Shown: positions 44,682 to 54,200 of the stretch, piece by piece
Position numbering within the stretch: position 1 is the stretch's first letter
Layout: the number at the start of each line of letters is the position of its first letter
From: an uncultured virus (IMG/VR IMGVR_UViG_3300006754_000007)
Lineage: Duplodnaviria > Heunggongvirae > Uroviricota > Caudoviricetes
Virus record (IMG/VR): IMGVR_UViG_3300006754_000007
DNA: 58,046 nucleotides
Direction: 5' to 3' (one strand)
Made by a program: the position numbers and the translations under genes
The notes under the pieces: generated by a model
The model's input: only the letters and a program-made list of their open reading frames with translations
Database searches by the model: none
What the model was told of the DNA's origin: nothing

Positions 44682-45410
44682 ATGAGCTTGTTTTCTAAAG
44701 CTGTCCGGGTTGCTTCAGAGCTTCCGAAAGGGTCTGAGCCAAGGCGTGATCTCCTGAAGGTCCTGAAGGAGTCTCGGGTGGTGCCCGAGAAGCTCCGGGC
44801 CAAGTACCAGAACATCGGAGACTTCGGAGGAACGCCTCGCATCCTCGCATCTTGGCACCTGGAAGTTGCGGGTCCTACCTTTGACATCAAGGATGACCTG
44901 AAGAAGCTCGGCTTGCGCTGGGAGAAGCGTAGGAAGATGTGGGGGCTGTGGGCCACGGAGTACTCACATCCGGGCTTCTCCAACAAGGATGCGCGAAGAC
45001 AGGGTTATCGCAACTACGGCGCGATTCGAGACGCCCAGAAGAAGGCTTGGCCTCAGGTCCAGAGGCTCGTCAAGGACTACAACGACAAGATCGACAAGCA
45101 GATCGATCAGAAACGGGACTTGGCTAAGGACCCCAAGGACGCACTGAAGAAGCTCTTGAGGTCCATGCGAATGGGCAAGCGGCTCGAAGAGTACGGTGTT
45201 GAGATCAGCTACGACTGGCCCAGCCGGTACTCCGTGGACGAGGCCAAGGTTCGGGTGTCCGGCAACACTTATGAACTTCGAGGCTTGATGAAGCAAACTG
45301 GTTGGCGCTGGAAATCCGGGAGCAAGGCTTGGGAGCTTTCGGTCGATGAGTACAACGCCATTTCCGCTGATTGGATGGCGAAGACCATCCGTGCATTGAA
45401 GGGGAGGTAG
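44682..45410 (+). CDS. Basic protein with two DUF5710-like repeats behind a putative targeting leader
   Basis: VAGPTFDIKDDLKKLGLRW..KMW and VSGNTYELRGLMKQTGWRW..KAW. Confidence 0.7.
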   Translation: MSLFSKAVRVASELPKGSEPRRDLLKVLKESRVVPEKLRAKYQNIGDFGGTPRILASWHLEVAGPTFDIKDDLKKLGLRWEKRRKMWGLWATEYSHPGFSNKDARRQGYRNYGAIRDAQKKAWPQVQRLVKDYNDKIDKQIDQKRDLAKDPKDALKKLLRSMRMGKRLEEYGVEISYDWPSRYSVDEAKVRVSGNTYELRGLMKQTGWRWKSGSKAWELSVDEYNAISADWMAKTIRALKGR

Positions 45411-45413
45411 AAG

Positions 45414-46991
45414 ATGGCACAACCCCCTTGGCTTGTAGACGTTCTCCAGATTGAACCTGGATCCGGTGATACCATCACCGTTGATCGGGATGCTACTGAC
45501 GGAGCTATGCAGTTCGTGGACGCGGTGGTCACTTCCGGTGTCCTGCTTCCAGCACTCGTTGGAATCCGCAATATCACGGGCGTATTTGTGGTTGGCCGTG
45601 CCGGGGACGGCGCTCCTTACACCACAGTTCAGGCTGCCCTGGATGCAATCCCCGCTGCATCTTCTGCTTTGGTGCCCTCTCTTGTCTTGATCATGCCGGG
45701 GGTCTACACCGAAGACCTGACGCTTACCCGCGACGGCGTCTACATGGTTGGGCTTGGCGGGGCCAAGCTCATCAACAGCACGGGCACGCACACCCTCACC
45801 ATCAAGGCTGAATCAACTTCGACCCCGCAGAACATTCTCCTGAAGGGTTTGGAGATCGAGTGCGATCACGCCGGGGATGCTTGTGTTTATGTGCTCGGGG
45901 CTGACACCTTTGCTTCAGGGACAGTCGATGTAGACAACGCGCCCATCACGGCAGGTGACCTCATCACTGTTGGTGGGGTTGCACTCACCGGAGTCTCTGG
46001 GACCCGGACATCGGGGTCTGACGATTTCTCGGTCAATGGGGTGACGACAGACGAGATTGCTGCCGAGATTGCGGACGCGATCATGGATAGCGCCAACAGC
46101 TTCACCAACGTGGTGACGGCGGTTTCTGCCTTGAATGTCGTGACCTTTTCCGCAGTAACCGCAGGGACGGTGGGAAATGCCATCACCCTGGCAGTAACCG
46201 TAGCGGTGCCAGGGGACTTGGCTCCTTCTGGGGCTACTCTGGCAGGGGGCGGTTCTTCTGGAAACGTCGTGGCTGACGGTGCTTTGACCATCGAGGACTG
46301 TGTCCTGGTTGCTTCAGGGGCTGGCTGCTACCAAGTCGATGCCGATACTGCGAACCACATCCGTGTTCGAGGTGGCACCTTCCGTGGGTCCTCCGCGACC
46401 TCAATCTTCCAGGCATCCAATACGGCGGCTGTGCGTCTGGAAGGCATCGAGTGGATGAACGACTTCCAGTTGGCTTACGACAACACTCTGGACCAGCCCA
46501 ACGACGTGACTTCCGAGTACCAGATTGTGAACTGCGGGCGTATCCATGACCTGTTGGCGAACTTCGTGGGGCTTGGCTCTCTCACCATCTCGAACTGCCC
46601 TGACATCAGCGTCTTGGCTCAGGATGGTGACCAGACGCTGGCTCTCAACAACTGTGTGGTGGGCGGGGCCACGACTTTGGGTACGACTACCGCCGCCACG
46701 TTCCGCAATACAGAACGAGGAACTCTCGCAGTGTCCGGTGGCACTCCCACCCTTGCGGAGTCGAGGTTCATGGGGTCACAAGCCTTCGCAGGCACGACTA
46801 CCCAGACCATCACCTTCGACATCCAGCAGCCCGATACCTCCTACACCGTGTTGATCGAGGTGGGTCCCGCTGGCGCGGGGAACGTGATGGCGGCGACGAA
46901 CAAGACGGCAACCACCTTCGATATTGAAGAGGTGAACGGACCCTTCGCCGTCACCGCAACGATCAACTACGTCATTTGTAGAGACTTGTAG
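45414..46991 (+). CDS. Putative tail or head fiber with a pectin-lyase-like beta-helix
   Basis: Cap motif PYTTVQAALDA..IMPGVYTE; Thr/Gly/Ala-rich. Confidence 0.7.
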   Translation: MAQPPWLVDVLQIEPGSGDTITVDRDATDGAMQFVDAVVTSGVLLPALVGIRNITGVFVVGRAGDGAPYTTVQAALDAIPAASSALVPSLVLIMPGVYTEDLTLTRDGVYMVGLGGAKLINSTGTHTLTIKAESTSTPQNILLKGLEIECDHAGDACVYVLGADTFASGTVDVDNAPITAGDLITVGGVALTGVSGTRTSGSDDFSVNGVTTDEIAAEIADAIMDSANSFTNVVTAVSALNVVTFSAVTAGTVGNAITLAVTVAVPGDLAPSGATLAGGGSSGNVVADGALTIEDCVLVASGAGCYQVDADTANHIRVRGGTFRGSSATSIFQASNTAAVRLEGIEWMNDFQLAYDNTLDQPNDVTSEYQIVNCGRIHDLLANFVGLGSLTISNCPDISVLAQDGDQTLALNNCVVGGATTLGTTTAATFRNTERGTLAVSGGTPTLAESRFMGSQAFAGTTTQTITFDIQQPDTSYTVLIEVGPAGAGNVMAATNKTATTFDIEEVNGPFAVTATINYVICRDL

Positions 46992-47000
46992 AGGTAAGCC

Positions 47001-48011
47001 ATGAGCAACAATGATTTCTGGGAGCAGGCCACTGGGATTTTCACTGGGGAACTCCCGACAGCCATCGACCACCACCTTTCCGAGAAGGTTGCAGGGCAGA
47101 GCTTTGACTCCGTGCGTGAGCTTACGGAGGTCTTTCGTACAACCAATGCGCTTCCTCTGAGCACTGAAGCAGGAGCCAAGGTGTCCTTTACCGGCGGCCT
47201 TGGCGCGTACATGACTTACGAAAACCCGCCTCCAAAGGGCGCTTTGGGCGAAGTGGTCAACGTCAAATCAGCCAACGGCGACATCACGCATCATGACGGC
47301 AAGGTGTTCGTGCAGTGGGACGATGGCGAGTTCCGCTCGATCCACGCAGAGCACTTGCGGCTGGCTGGTGAAGGCAAGACGGCAAAAGATTTCGCCTCCA
47401 TGTCTATGGTGGAACTCGGCAAGGCAGTTGCAAAGAAGTTCCCCAAGGCATCCTTCAATAAGAAGCAAAATATGTGGGATCTTGGAGATGGCCGTATGGT
47501 CATGTTCGGTCGGCACGGTAAGAAGACCACCATTGATGTTTGGACTTCGGATAAACGCCCCAAGAAAATCAAAATGGACATCAGCATTGGCTCCGAGAGT
47601 GATGCTGTGTCTGCTCTGAAGAAACACAAAGCCGCATCCGACCTCAAGGCGACGTTTGAGAAGATCAAGGCCCTGGCCGAGAAGCGCCCCGACAGCAAGT
47701 TCCTGAAGTCGCTGCTGAAGCAGATGGCCGACAAGGGCTTCGCTCCGACCGACAAGCAGATGGCTGTGGTCAAGAAGATCGAGAAAGAGATCGGGCAGAT
47801 GGCCACCATGCAGAAGGAACTGAAGTCGCTGGGCAAGGCCGCCAAGACGTTTCGGGTTTCCAACGTGGGTGACCTCACGGAGTTCCTCAAGGTTTCCGAG
47901 GGCAAGTTGATCCACAAGAGCACCAACGACCTGTGGTCGATGACTGCTGATGGTGACGACTTCCTGATTGAGCGCCTCTTTGACGACACTGGGGAGCCGC
48001 TTCAGGGGTGA
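47001..48011 (+). CDS. Modular virion-type protein
   Basis: SH3-like segment, two Lys-rich inserts, C-terminal LIHKSTNDLW..IERLFDD. Confidence 0.75.
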   Translation: MSNNDFWEQATGIFTGELPTAIDHHLSEKVAGQSFDSVRELTEVFRTTNALPLSTEAGAKVSFTGGLGAYMTYENPPPKGALGEVVNVKSANGDITHHDGKVFVQWDDGEFRSIHAEHLRLAGEGKTAKDFASMSMVELGKAVAKKFPKASFNKKQNMWDLGDGRMVMFGRHGKKTTIDVWTSDKRPKKIKMDISIGSESDAVSALKKHKAASDLKATFEKIKALAEKRPDSKFLKSLLKQMADKGFAPTDKQMAVVKKIEKEIGQMATMQKELKSLGKAAKTFRVSNVGDLTEFLKVSEGKLIHKSTNDLWSMTADGDDFLIERLFDDTGEPLQG

Positions 48012-48030
48012 TGATGACGGCTTCGGTGTC

Positions 48031-48045
48031 CGGTAAACCGCCTAT
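48031..48045 (+). promoter_or_regulatory. Putative late promoter CGGTAAACCGCCTAT
   Basis: One mismatch to the consensus. Confidence 0.6.
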
Positions 48046-48074
48046 TCCATTCCACTCCGTAGGAGAGTGTGTCC

Positions 48075-49109
48075 ATGCGCCCTGACCCTGCACGCATCGC
48101 AAAAGCTCATGCCCGCAAGCAGCGGGTTGGTGCGTCTGTGTCTAAGACTGCTGGTGAAGTTCGCTTCATCAAGGACCGGGGTAACGACAAGAACGAGTGG
48201 GGTTGGGGAAGCCCAGGTCCGAGTGAGCGTGAAATCACCGCTGACTTCGTTTTTGACCCTCGCTACCTGAAGCCTCTTGCCCAGACGATGCGCTCTGCCC
48301 TCATGGGGTTGGGCCATGTTGCTTCAGCACAGGACAAGTTCCTGAAGCTCAAGAGCCGCCAAGTCAGCCCGGACGGGAACCTTGGCGGTAAAGGCTACAT
48401 CCAGAAGGTCTCTGAGATGCGGCGGCAGTTGATGAACTGCGCGGAAGCCCTCTCATCCTTCACCGATACTGTGTACGACGAGATGGCTGCCCCTCACTGG
48501 GACCCAGCCGAGGACACTCTTGACCCCCGCGACCGTGACGAGGTGCGGGAGATTGTCGAGGAGGTCGATGAGATCCGTGAAGATCCTGTGGCTTGGGCTG
48601 AAGAGGACCTCACACAAACCGGCAAGGTTGCTCGTCGCAAGACGGCTGCTTGGGCAGGCATCGACTACATGCGTGGAGATGACCGTTGGACGCTGGGCAA
48701 GGCCATCGAAAAGCGTCGTGTTCGAGTTCCTTCCGGCTACAAGCTGGTTTCGGAGCCTGGGAAGGTCGTGGTGTTCAACTGGGGAGTCCTGGAGGACGGG
48801 GCCACAGCAGAGTTTCGCTTTACGCCTAACGGCACTGACATCCGGTTCATTGTTGATGGCTACGGGGACAAGAGGTCACCGGGTCTGATTCGACACAAGT
48901 GGATCGGAGACCCTGCTGATGATGCGGTGACGCTTGAGAAGCTCATCAAGAAGTACATGCTCGCGCTGACGAAGGCAGTGGCAGAGGATGAGCTTGATCT
49001 TGCAACGCAGATTGAGCGTGCCCAGATGAGGGGTCAAGAGCGGCGTGACGACCGTCGGTACAGTTCAAGTCGAGTGGCGGCAAGGTTTATGGAGGTGAGC
49101 GGTGAGTAA
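48075..49109 (+). CDS. Modular virion-type protein
   Basis: AGGAGA RBS; KTA linkers; ends SSRVAARF. Confidence 0.78.
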   Translation: MRPDPARIAKAHARKQRVGASVSKTAGEVRFIKDRGNDKNEWGWGSPGPSEREITADFVFDPRYLKPLAQTMRSALMGLGHVASAQDKFLKLKSRQVSPDGNLGGKGYIQKVSEMRRQLMNCAEALSSFTDTVYDEMAAPHWDPAEDTLDPRDRDEVREIVEEVDEIREDPVAWAEEDLTQTGKVARRKTAAWAGIDYMRGDDRWTLGKAIEKRRVRVPSGYKLVSEPGKVVVFNWGVLEDGATAEFRFTPNGTDIRFIVDGYGDKRSPGLIRHKWIGDPADDAVTLEKLIKKYMLALTKAVAEDELDLATQIERAQMRGQERRDDRRYSSSRVAARFMEVSGE

Positions 49110-51267
49110 GGACAAACCCCTGGACATTCTTGGGGAGAGCCACCTTCCGGCTGACCTCTTTACCCCTACGTTGGGGTCGAACTATGGTCTCGATGGCTTC
49201 GAGGACATGCACTACAACAGCGGTGTCCTCGAAGGCGTGCTGAACCCTGAGCTTCTCCCTGGACCTGCCGTCCCTGACGGCTTCGAGGGAATCACAGCCA
49301 ATGATATGGGTATCGCGGAGTTCATGAAGGAAGCTGACTTGGCTGACCTGGACTGGCTTGCGGATGCGGAGCAGGACCCGGAGCGCCTTCCGCAGAACCC
49401 CGTGGACTTGGCTATCCCGGAGCTTGAGGAAGCCTGGGGCGTGGATCGTAGGACAAATGGCATCAAGGTGTTTTCGACGGACCTTTCCCATGCGAGAGCC
49501 TTGGAAGAGGCATCCCCCCTTAGGAAGAACGAGAGGGAGCTTTCGGAAATCTTGGTTTCGGCCATGCGTCGTTCGGCTGCGGGCGACGACATCGAGCAGA
49601 TCATCGGCCAGTCGCGTCTTGCTGCTGGCTTGGACTCTTCTCGCATTGAGAGGGGCTTGGACATCGTCCGTAGCGAGCACGGGCTTGCTGGGAATGTCTT
49701 TGTGCGTGCGGCTGCCTACCCGTCTTACGAGAAGGGCAAGTGGAAGAAGGAGGTCTTGAAGGCCGCCCGAAATGCGGAGTACATCCTTGTTTCAGAGCAG
49801 GACTTTGGATCTACGCACATTCAGAATGGCCGCTGTACCGTCACCGGTAAGAAAGCCGTCCTGGAAGTCCCGTGGAAGGATGCTTTGGCCCACTACGGAC
49901 CCCTGCTTGGGGCTGTGGGCCGCAAGGTTGCTTCTGATTTGCCGCCCCGTGATGCGTTGAGGGCTGCTTTTTCGGCTCCCGCTACGCAGCAGGTTGCGGG
50001 TGGTGAGCGTCTTCCTCATTACAAGGCCGTGTGTGACACGGTGACCTCCGAGGAAGCTCGCGTTGCATTGGCTTCCGCAGACACCACCCCCAAGGAAGTG
50101 CATATCTCCGAGGCAGGGCTGCAACAGAGGATCTCTTCGTGGAAGTCCTCGAACATGATCGATGGCGACGTGGCTGATGAGATTCTGGCTTCGGATCTCC
50201 CCCTGAATCAGAAGTTGGATCGGGCAGTTGCGGCGGTAACTGCAAAGGCCACGGCCAAGGCAGATTTTACGGGCGCTCCGAATACGGCTGCTGAAGCAGC
50301 CCAGGCCCGCCAGCACCTTCGGCTCGTTCGTAACGATTCTGGTCGTGAGGCTGCCGAGGCGAAGTTGGAGCAGATCACCGCCTTCCGAAACACCGAGGAG
50401 TTGGATCGTCGCGTGGCTCGGGTCATCGCGGAAATCGAGAAGGGAGCACGCGGCTCCTACCTCAAGTCCTTCATCACTCGCTTGATTCCACAGAAGTTTG
50501 CCGCCCAAGCAGTGCATCTTCTTCGCCCTACCCTGGAAAGAACAGGAGCACTGGAAGATTCCAAGACAGCAACTTCTTATGATGGGCATGTATACGAGCG
50601 AGCACCTGAAGTTCGAGCCGCTATCGAGCTTTCGGACATCGACATGGCCCTTGTGAAGGCAGCCTCTGATGGTGATTCCACAGTGGGAGAAATCAAGAGC
50701 GTCCTGAAGTGGGCTTCGAGGCACATGTCCGAGGGCAGCGCAGGCCAAGAACTGTCGGAGTTGCTTCAGCACCGGTTCTCGAACCGGATCCTGAAGGCCG
50801 CTTCAGGTCTGATTCAGGATCTTCGTGGCGCTCATGAAGGCGCTGCTGGGTTCTTGTATGTTGACGCGGATGCTTACATGGCCCCCCAAGGAATCTCAGG
50901 TTGTGAGACAGGAGCCTTGCGCCACCGCGCCAACCAGATTCCTGCGGTGTTGGCGAGCGCCAGATGTCAGGGTTGTACCCGTGTTTGCACATTGTCGTGC
51001 GGCACGCGGAAGTGTGGGACCTACAACAAGGTTCTCCTGGAGGGTTCGGATCTCCCCGAGAACATCCAGTCCATCAAGAAGGCCAACATCACCGGGGCAG
51101 ACCATACGGACGCGGAAGATATTGCTTCCATGTTCAACAGTACTACCTATGACCCGGACGAGTTCAGCCTTCGGAACGCAGACTTCGAGGAGCAGGTGGA
51201 GCTTGCCCCCCTCCCCGAAAACGAGAAGATTGGCGACATCGTTTTGGGTGGCTTCCTGTGGGAGTGA
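49102..51267 (+). CDS. Large hypothetical structural protein with an internal repeat and a Cys cluster
   Basis: 721 aa, GGAGG RBS, within the late operon. Confidence 0.78.
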   Translation: MSKDKPLDILGESHLPADLFTPTLGSNYGLDGFEDMHYNSGVLEGVLNPELLPGPAVPDGFEGITANDMGIAEFMKEADLADLDWLADAEQDPERLPQNPVDLAIPELEEAWGVDRRTNGIKVFSTDLSHARALEEASPLRKNERELSEILVSAMRRSAAGDDIEQIIGQSRLAAGLDSSRIERGLDIVRSEHGLAGNVFVRAAAYPSYEKGKWKKEVLKAARNAEYILVSEQDFGSTHIQNGRCTVTGKKAVLEVPWKDALAHYGPLLGAVGRKVASDLPPRDALRAAFSAPATQQVAGGERLPHYKAVCDTVTSEEARVALASADTTPKEVHISEAGLQQRISSWKSSNMIDGDVADEILASDLPLNQKLDRAVAAVTAKATAKADFTGAPNTAAEAAQARQHLRLVRNDSGREAAEAKLEQITAFRNTEELDRRVARVIAEIEKGARGSYLKSFITRLIPQKFAAQAVHLLRPTLERTGALEDSKTATSYDGHVYERAPEVRAAIELSDIDMALVKAASDGDSTVGEIKSVLKWASRHMSEGSAGQELSELLQHRFSNRILKAASGLIQDLRGAHEGAAGFLYVDADAYMAPQGISGCETGALRHRANQIPAVLASARCQGCTRVCTLSCGTRKCGTYNKVLLEGSDLPENIQSIKKANITGADHTDAEDIASMFNSTTYDPDEFSLRNADFEEQVELAPLPENEKIGDIVLGGFLWE

Positions 51268-51270
51268 TCC

Positions 51271-54200
51271 GTGGAGTCTCGTTGCCTCAGTATTGAAGCA
51301 GTAGCACTGCGGAAGCAGGCTGAGATGTCCCATGCGGCATCCATTGCTTTGATGAAATGGCTCTCGGAGACCACCCAGCGCATGGGTGTTGCTCGCCATG
51401 TTTATGTTGTAGGCGGGGCTGTCCGAAACTTCTTGATCGACAAGCCCATCAAAGACATCGACATGGTGGTGGACTCGCTTGCGCTCAAGGGCGGCAAGGA
51501 TGCCGCCTGGGTTGCAGATGGCATTGCTCGCGCTGTGCCTACTCGAACTAATGTCATCTCTGACAGCTTGGGGGTTTCCAAGGTGTTCATCGAAGGCCCG
51601 TGGGAGCTTGATGGTCATCAACTGGAAGGGGAGGTCATCGAGATCGTCAACGCCCGCGAGGAGGTTTACGAGGTCGATCCTGAGACAGGGGATTATGTGG
51701 GGCACAAGCCCATTGAGGTGAATCCGACATCATTGGAGATCGATGTCACGAGGCGGGAGTTCACGTTCAACACGCTGATGTGGCGTCTTCTTGATGTGGC
51801 GAAGGGTCCTGACAAGGCAGAGATCATCGACTTGACTGGCTGTGGGTTGAAGGACCTGGAAAGCCGTGAGATGAGGTGCCCCCAGGACCCGGACAAGACC
51901 TTCAAGCAAGACCCGACAAGGATTATCCGTACTATCAAGTTCGCCTTCAAGTACGGCTTCAAGCTCCCTCCTGACGTGAAGGCTGCCGCGAAGCGTCAAG
52001 CCAAGGGCCTAAAGCGCATTGTCTCCAAGACTCAATCTGTTCTTCAGGTCGTTGTCTTGGATAGTCCCCAATACAAGAAGGCCCTGAAGGTAATGGATGA
52101 CTTGGGGGTGATAGATGTCCTCAAGGAGATGATGCAGGAGAACAGGTCATTCGCCTCTTTCCTTGCTGGGCAGGTTGGCAAGAAGGGAGTGGCCTACATG
52201 TTCGACCTGATGGATGTCGGACTTCCGGTTGGCTCCCCCATCTCGTTTTTGAGCGCGAAGCAGCAACGTCGCTTTCGGGAAATCACCACTCCAATGGAAC
52301 GTGATGACGCCCAAGCGTTTTTGGACATGCTTCGGCAGCCTGGGCAGGGGTATAAAGACCCCTCCTTCGTCAACAATCTTGCTGAACAACATGGCTATGC
52401 CCGACGGGAGATGAAGGACTTCATGCCTGTTGTAGACGGGCTGGCAAGAGAGCTTCTCCTGGAAAACCCTGCTTTGGGGGATTCCCCTGCTGCACTTCGA
52501 CGGCTTGTAGAGCAGCAGCTTCCTCGACGGCTTCCCCGAAGAACCGCCAGCACGGCACTGTCTTACGGCTCCCCTTCCGAAGAGGACCTGCTGAAAATGC
52601 AGGCCCCAACTCCCATATTTCCCATGGGGTTGGAGGACTTCGACTTGGAGCCTCCCCCTGGCGCGGAGGAGACCCTTGAAGAACTACAAGCATTACGGCA
52701 AGTCGCTGCGGAGGAGCGCCCGGAAGCTGAAGCGTTCGTGCGCGAGTCTGACGGCGAGATTCTCCCTCTCTTTGCTGATTTGTGGAACCGTTTTGGTGTC
52801 CGAGTTGATCAGGGATGGGCGCGAGAGATGGTCAGGCAAGCAAGGACCCATATCTTACGGTTGAAGTGGCACTTCAACCGTGCCCGCCCTCACCAAGTAG
52901 GGGAGGCAATCGGGCAGTCTTTTGTGCCCATGGATTCGCAGACGGCTCACACACCGGCTTACCCCAGTGGACATGCCATCCAAGCGTACCTCTTGGGTGA
53001 GGCTTCGAGCCGCCTGGACCCGGAGCATACAGACGAGTACTTCGACTTGGTGGGCCGCATCCTTTGGGGTCGCGTCCAGGCGGGGTACCACTGGCCCAGT
53101 GACATCTCCTATGGGGTGGAGATCGCTCAAGACATGGCTGAAGCCATGGAGCTTCCTCCCCAGTTCAGCCCTCGCGTAGCTCGAATCATGGAGCGTCGTG
53201 CTCATCACATGCGTCAACAGGTGCGTTGGGCGAAGACCTACACGGTCAATAAGGGCGACTCGGTCTGGTACGGCAAGTACAAGAACCAGCGCGGGGTTGT
53301 CCAAAGTTTCGGCATGAGTGACAAGGGCGACCCGACCATCACCGTCGAGCAACTTCCGGCTCCTTCGGCAAGGAAGCCGAAGAAGAAGTCCCCAAAGGAG
53401 TTGAACCTTTTCAAGATCCGGCCCCGCAAGGAGGACGGTAAAGATGAGGATCAGGAGAAGAAGGCTGCCCGCCGCGTTGTTGCGAAGTTCAGGGCCAAGA
53501 AGAAGGTCCCGAAAACCGATGGTTCAGGAACCACCACCATTTATGAGTACGGCCCCCGGCAAGTTGCCCAACGACACAAGGACAAGGCCAAGCGCCTCAA
53601 GGCGTTGAAGTCCTCGCTGTCTGCTTTGAGGTCCAAGGTTTCTGGGGACATGGCTTCCAAGGACCCGGAAACCAGACTGACGGCGTTGGCAGTGGCTCTT
53701 CTCGACAAGACCTACGAACGTGTGGGGAACGAGAAGTCTGCGGGTGAGCGCGGCCACCACGGCATCACCACCCTTTGTGTGGAGCACCTGACCCTGAAAG
53801 GGAAGAAAGCTACCTTCACATATGTGGGTAAGAGCGGAGTGAAGCAGAAGAAGGTGGTGGATGACCCCCAGATTATTCAGGTGCTGAAGCACGCCGTTGA
53901 AGGCAAAAGCCCCAGCGAGAGAATCCTGTGCGATGGCGACGACTGTCTGATTCGAGCGCGGCACGTCAACAGCTACCTGAAGCCTTTCGACATCACTGCG
54001 AAGGACCTTCGAGGATTGCACGCCAACGAGGAGATGCGGGTCCACCTTCAGGACATCCGTAAGAAGGGGGAGAACCTTCCTCACCCTCGCAAAGAGCGGG
54101 ACAAGATCCTAAAGGCTGAGTTCAAGGACGCGCTGGCACTTGTGGCTGTGGCGGTAGGCCATCAGGCTTCCACTCTTAGGTCCCAGTACCTCGTACCGGG

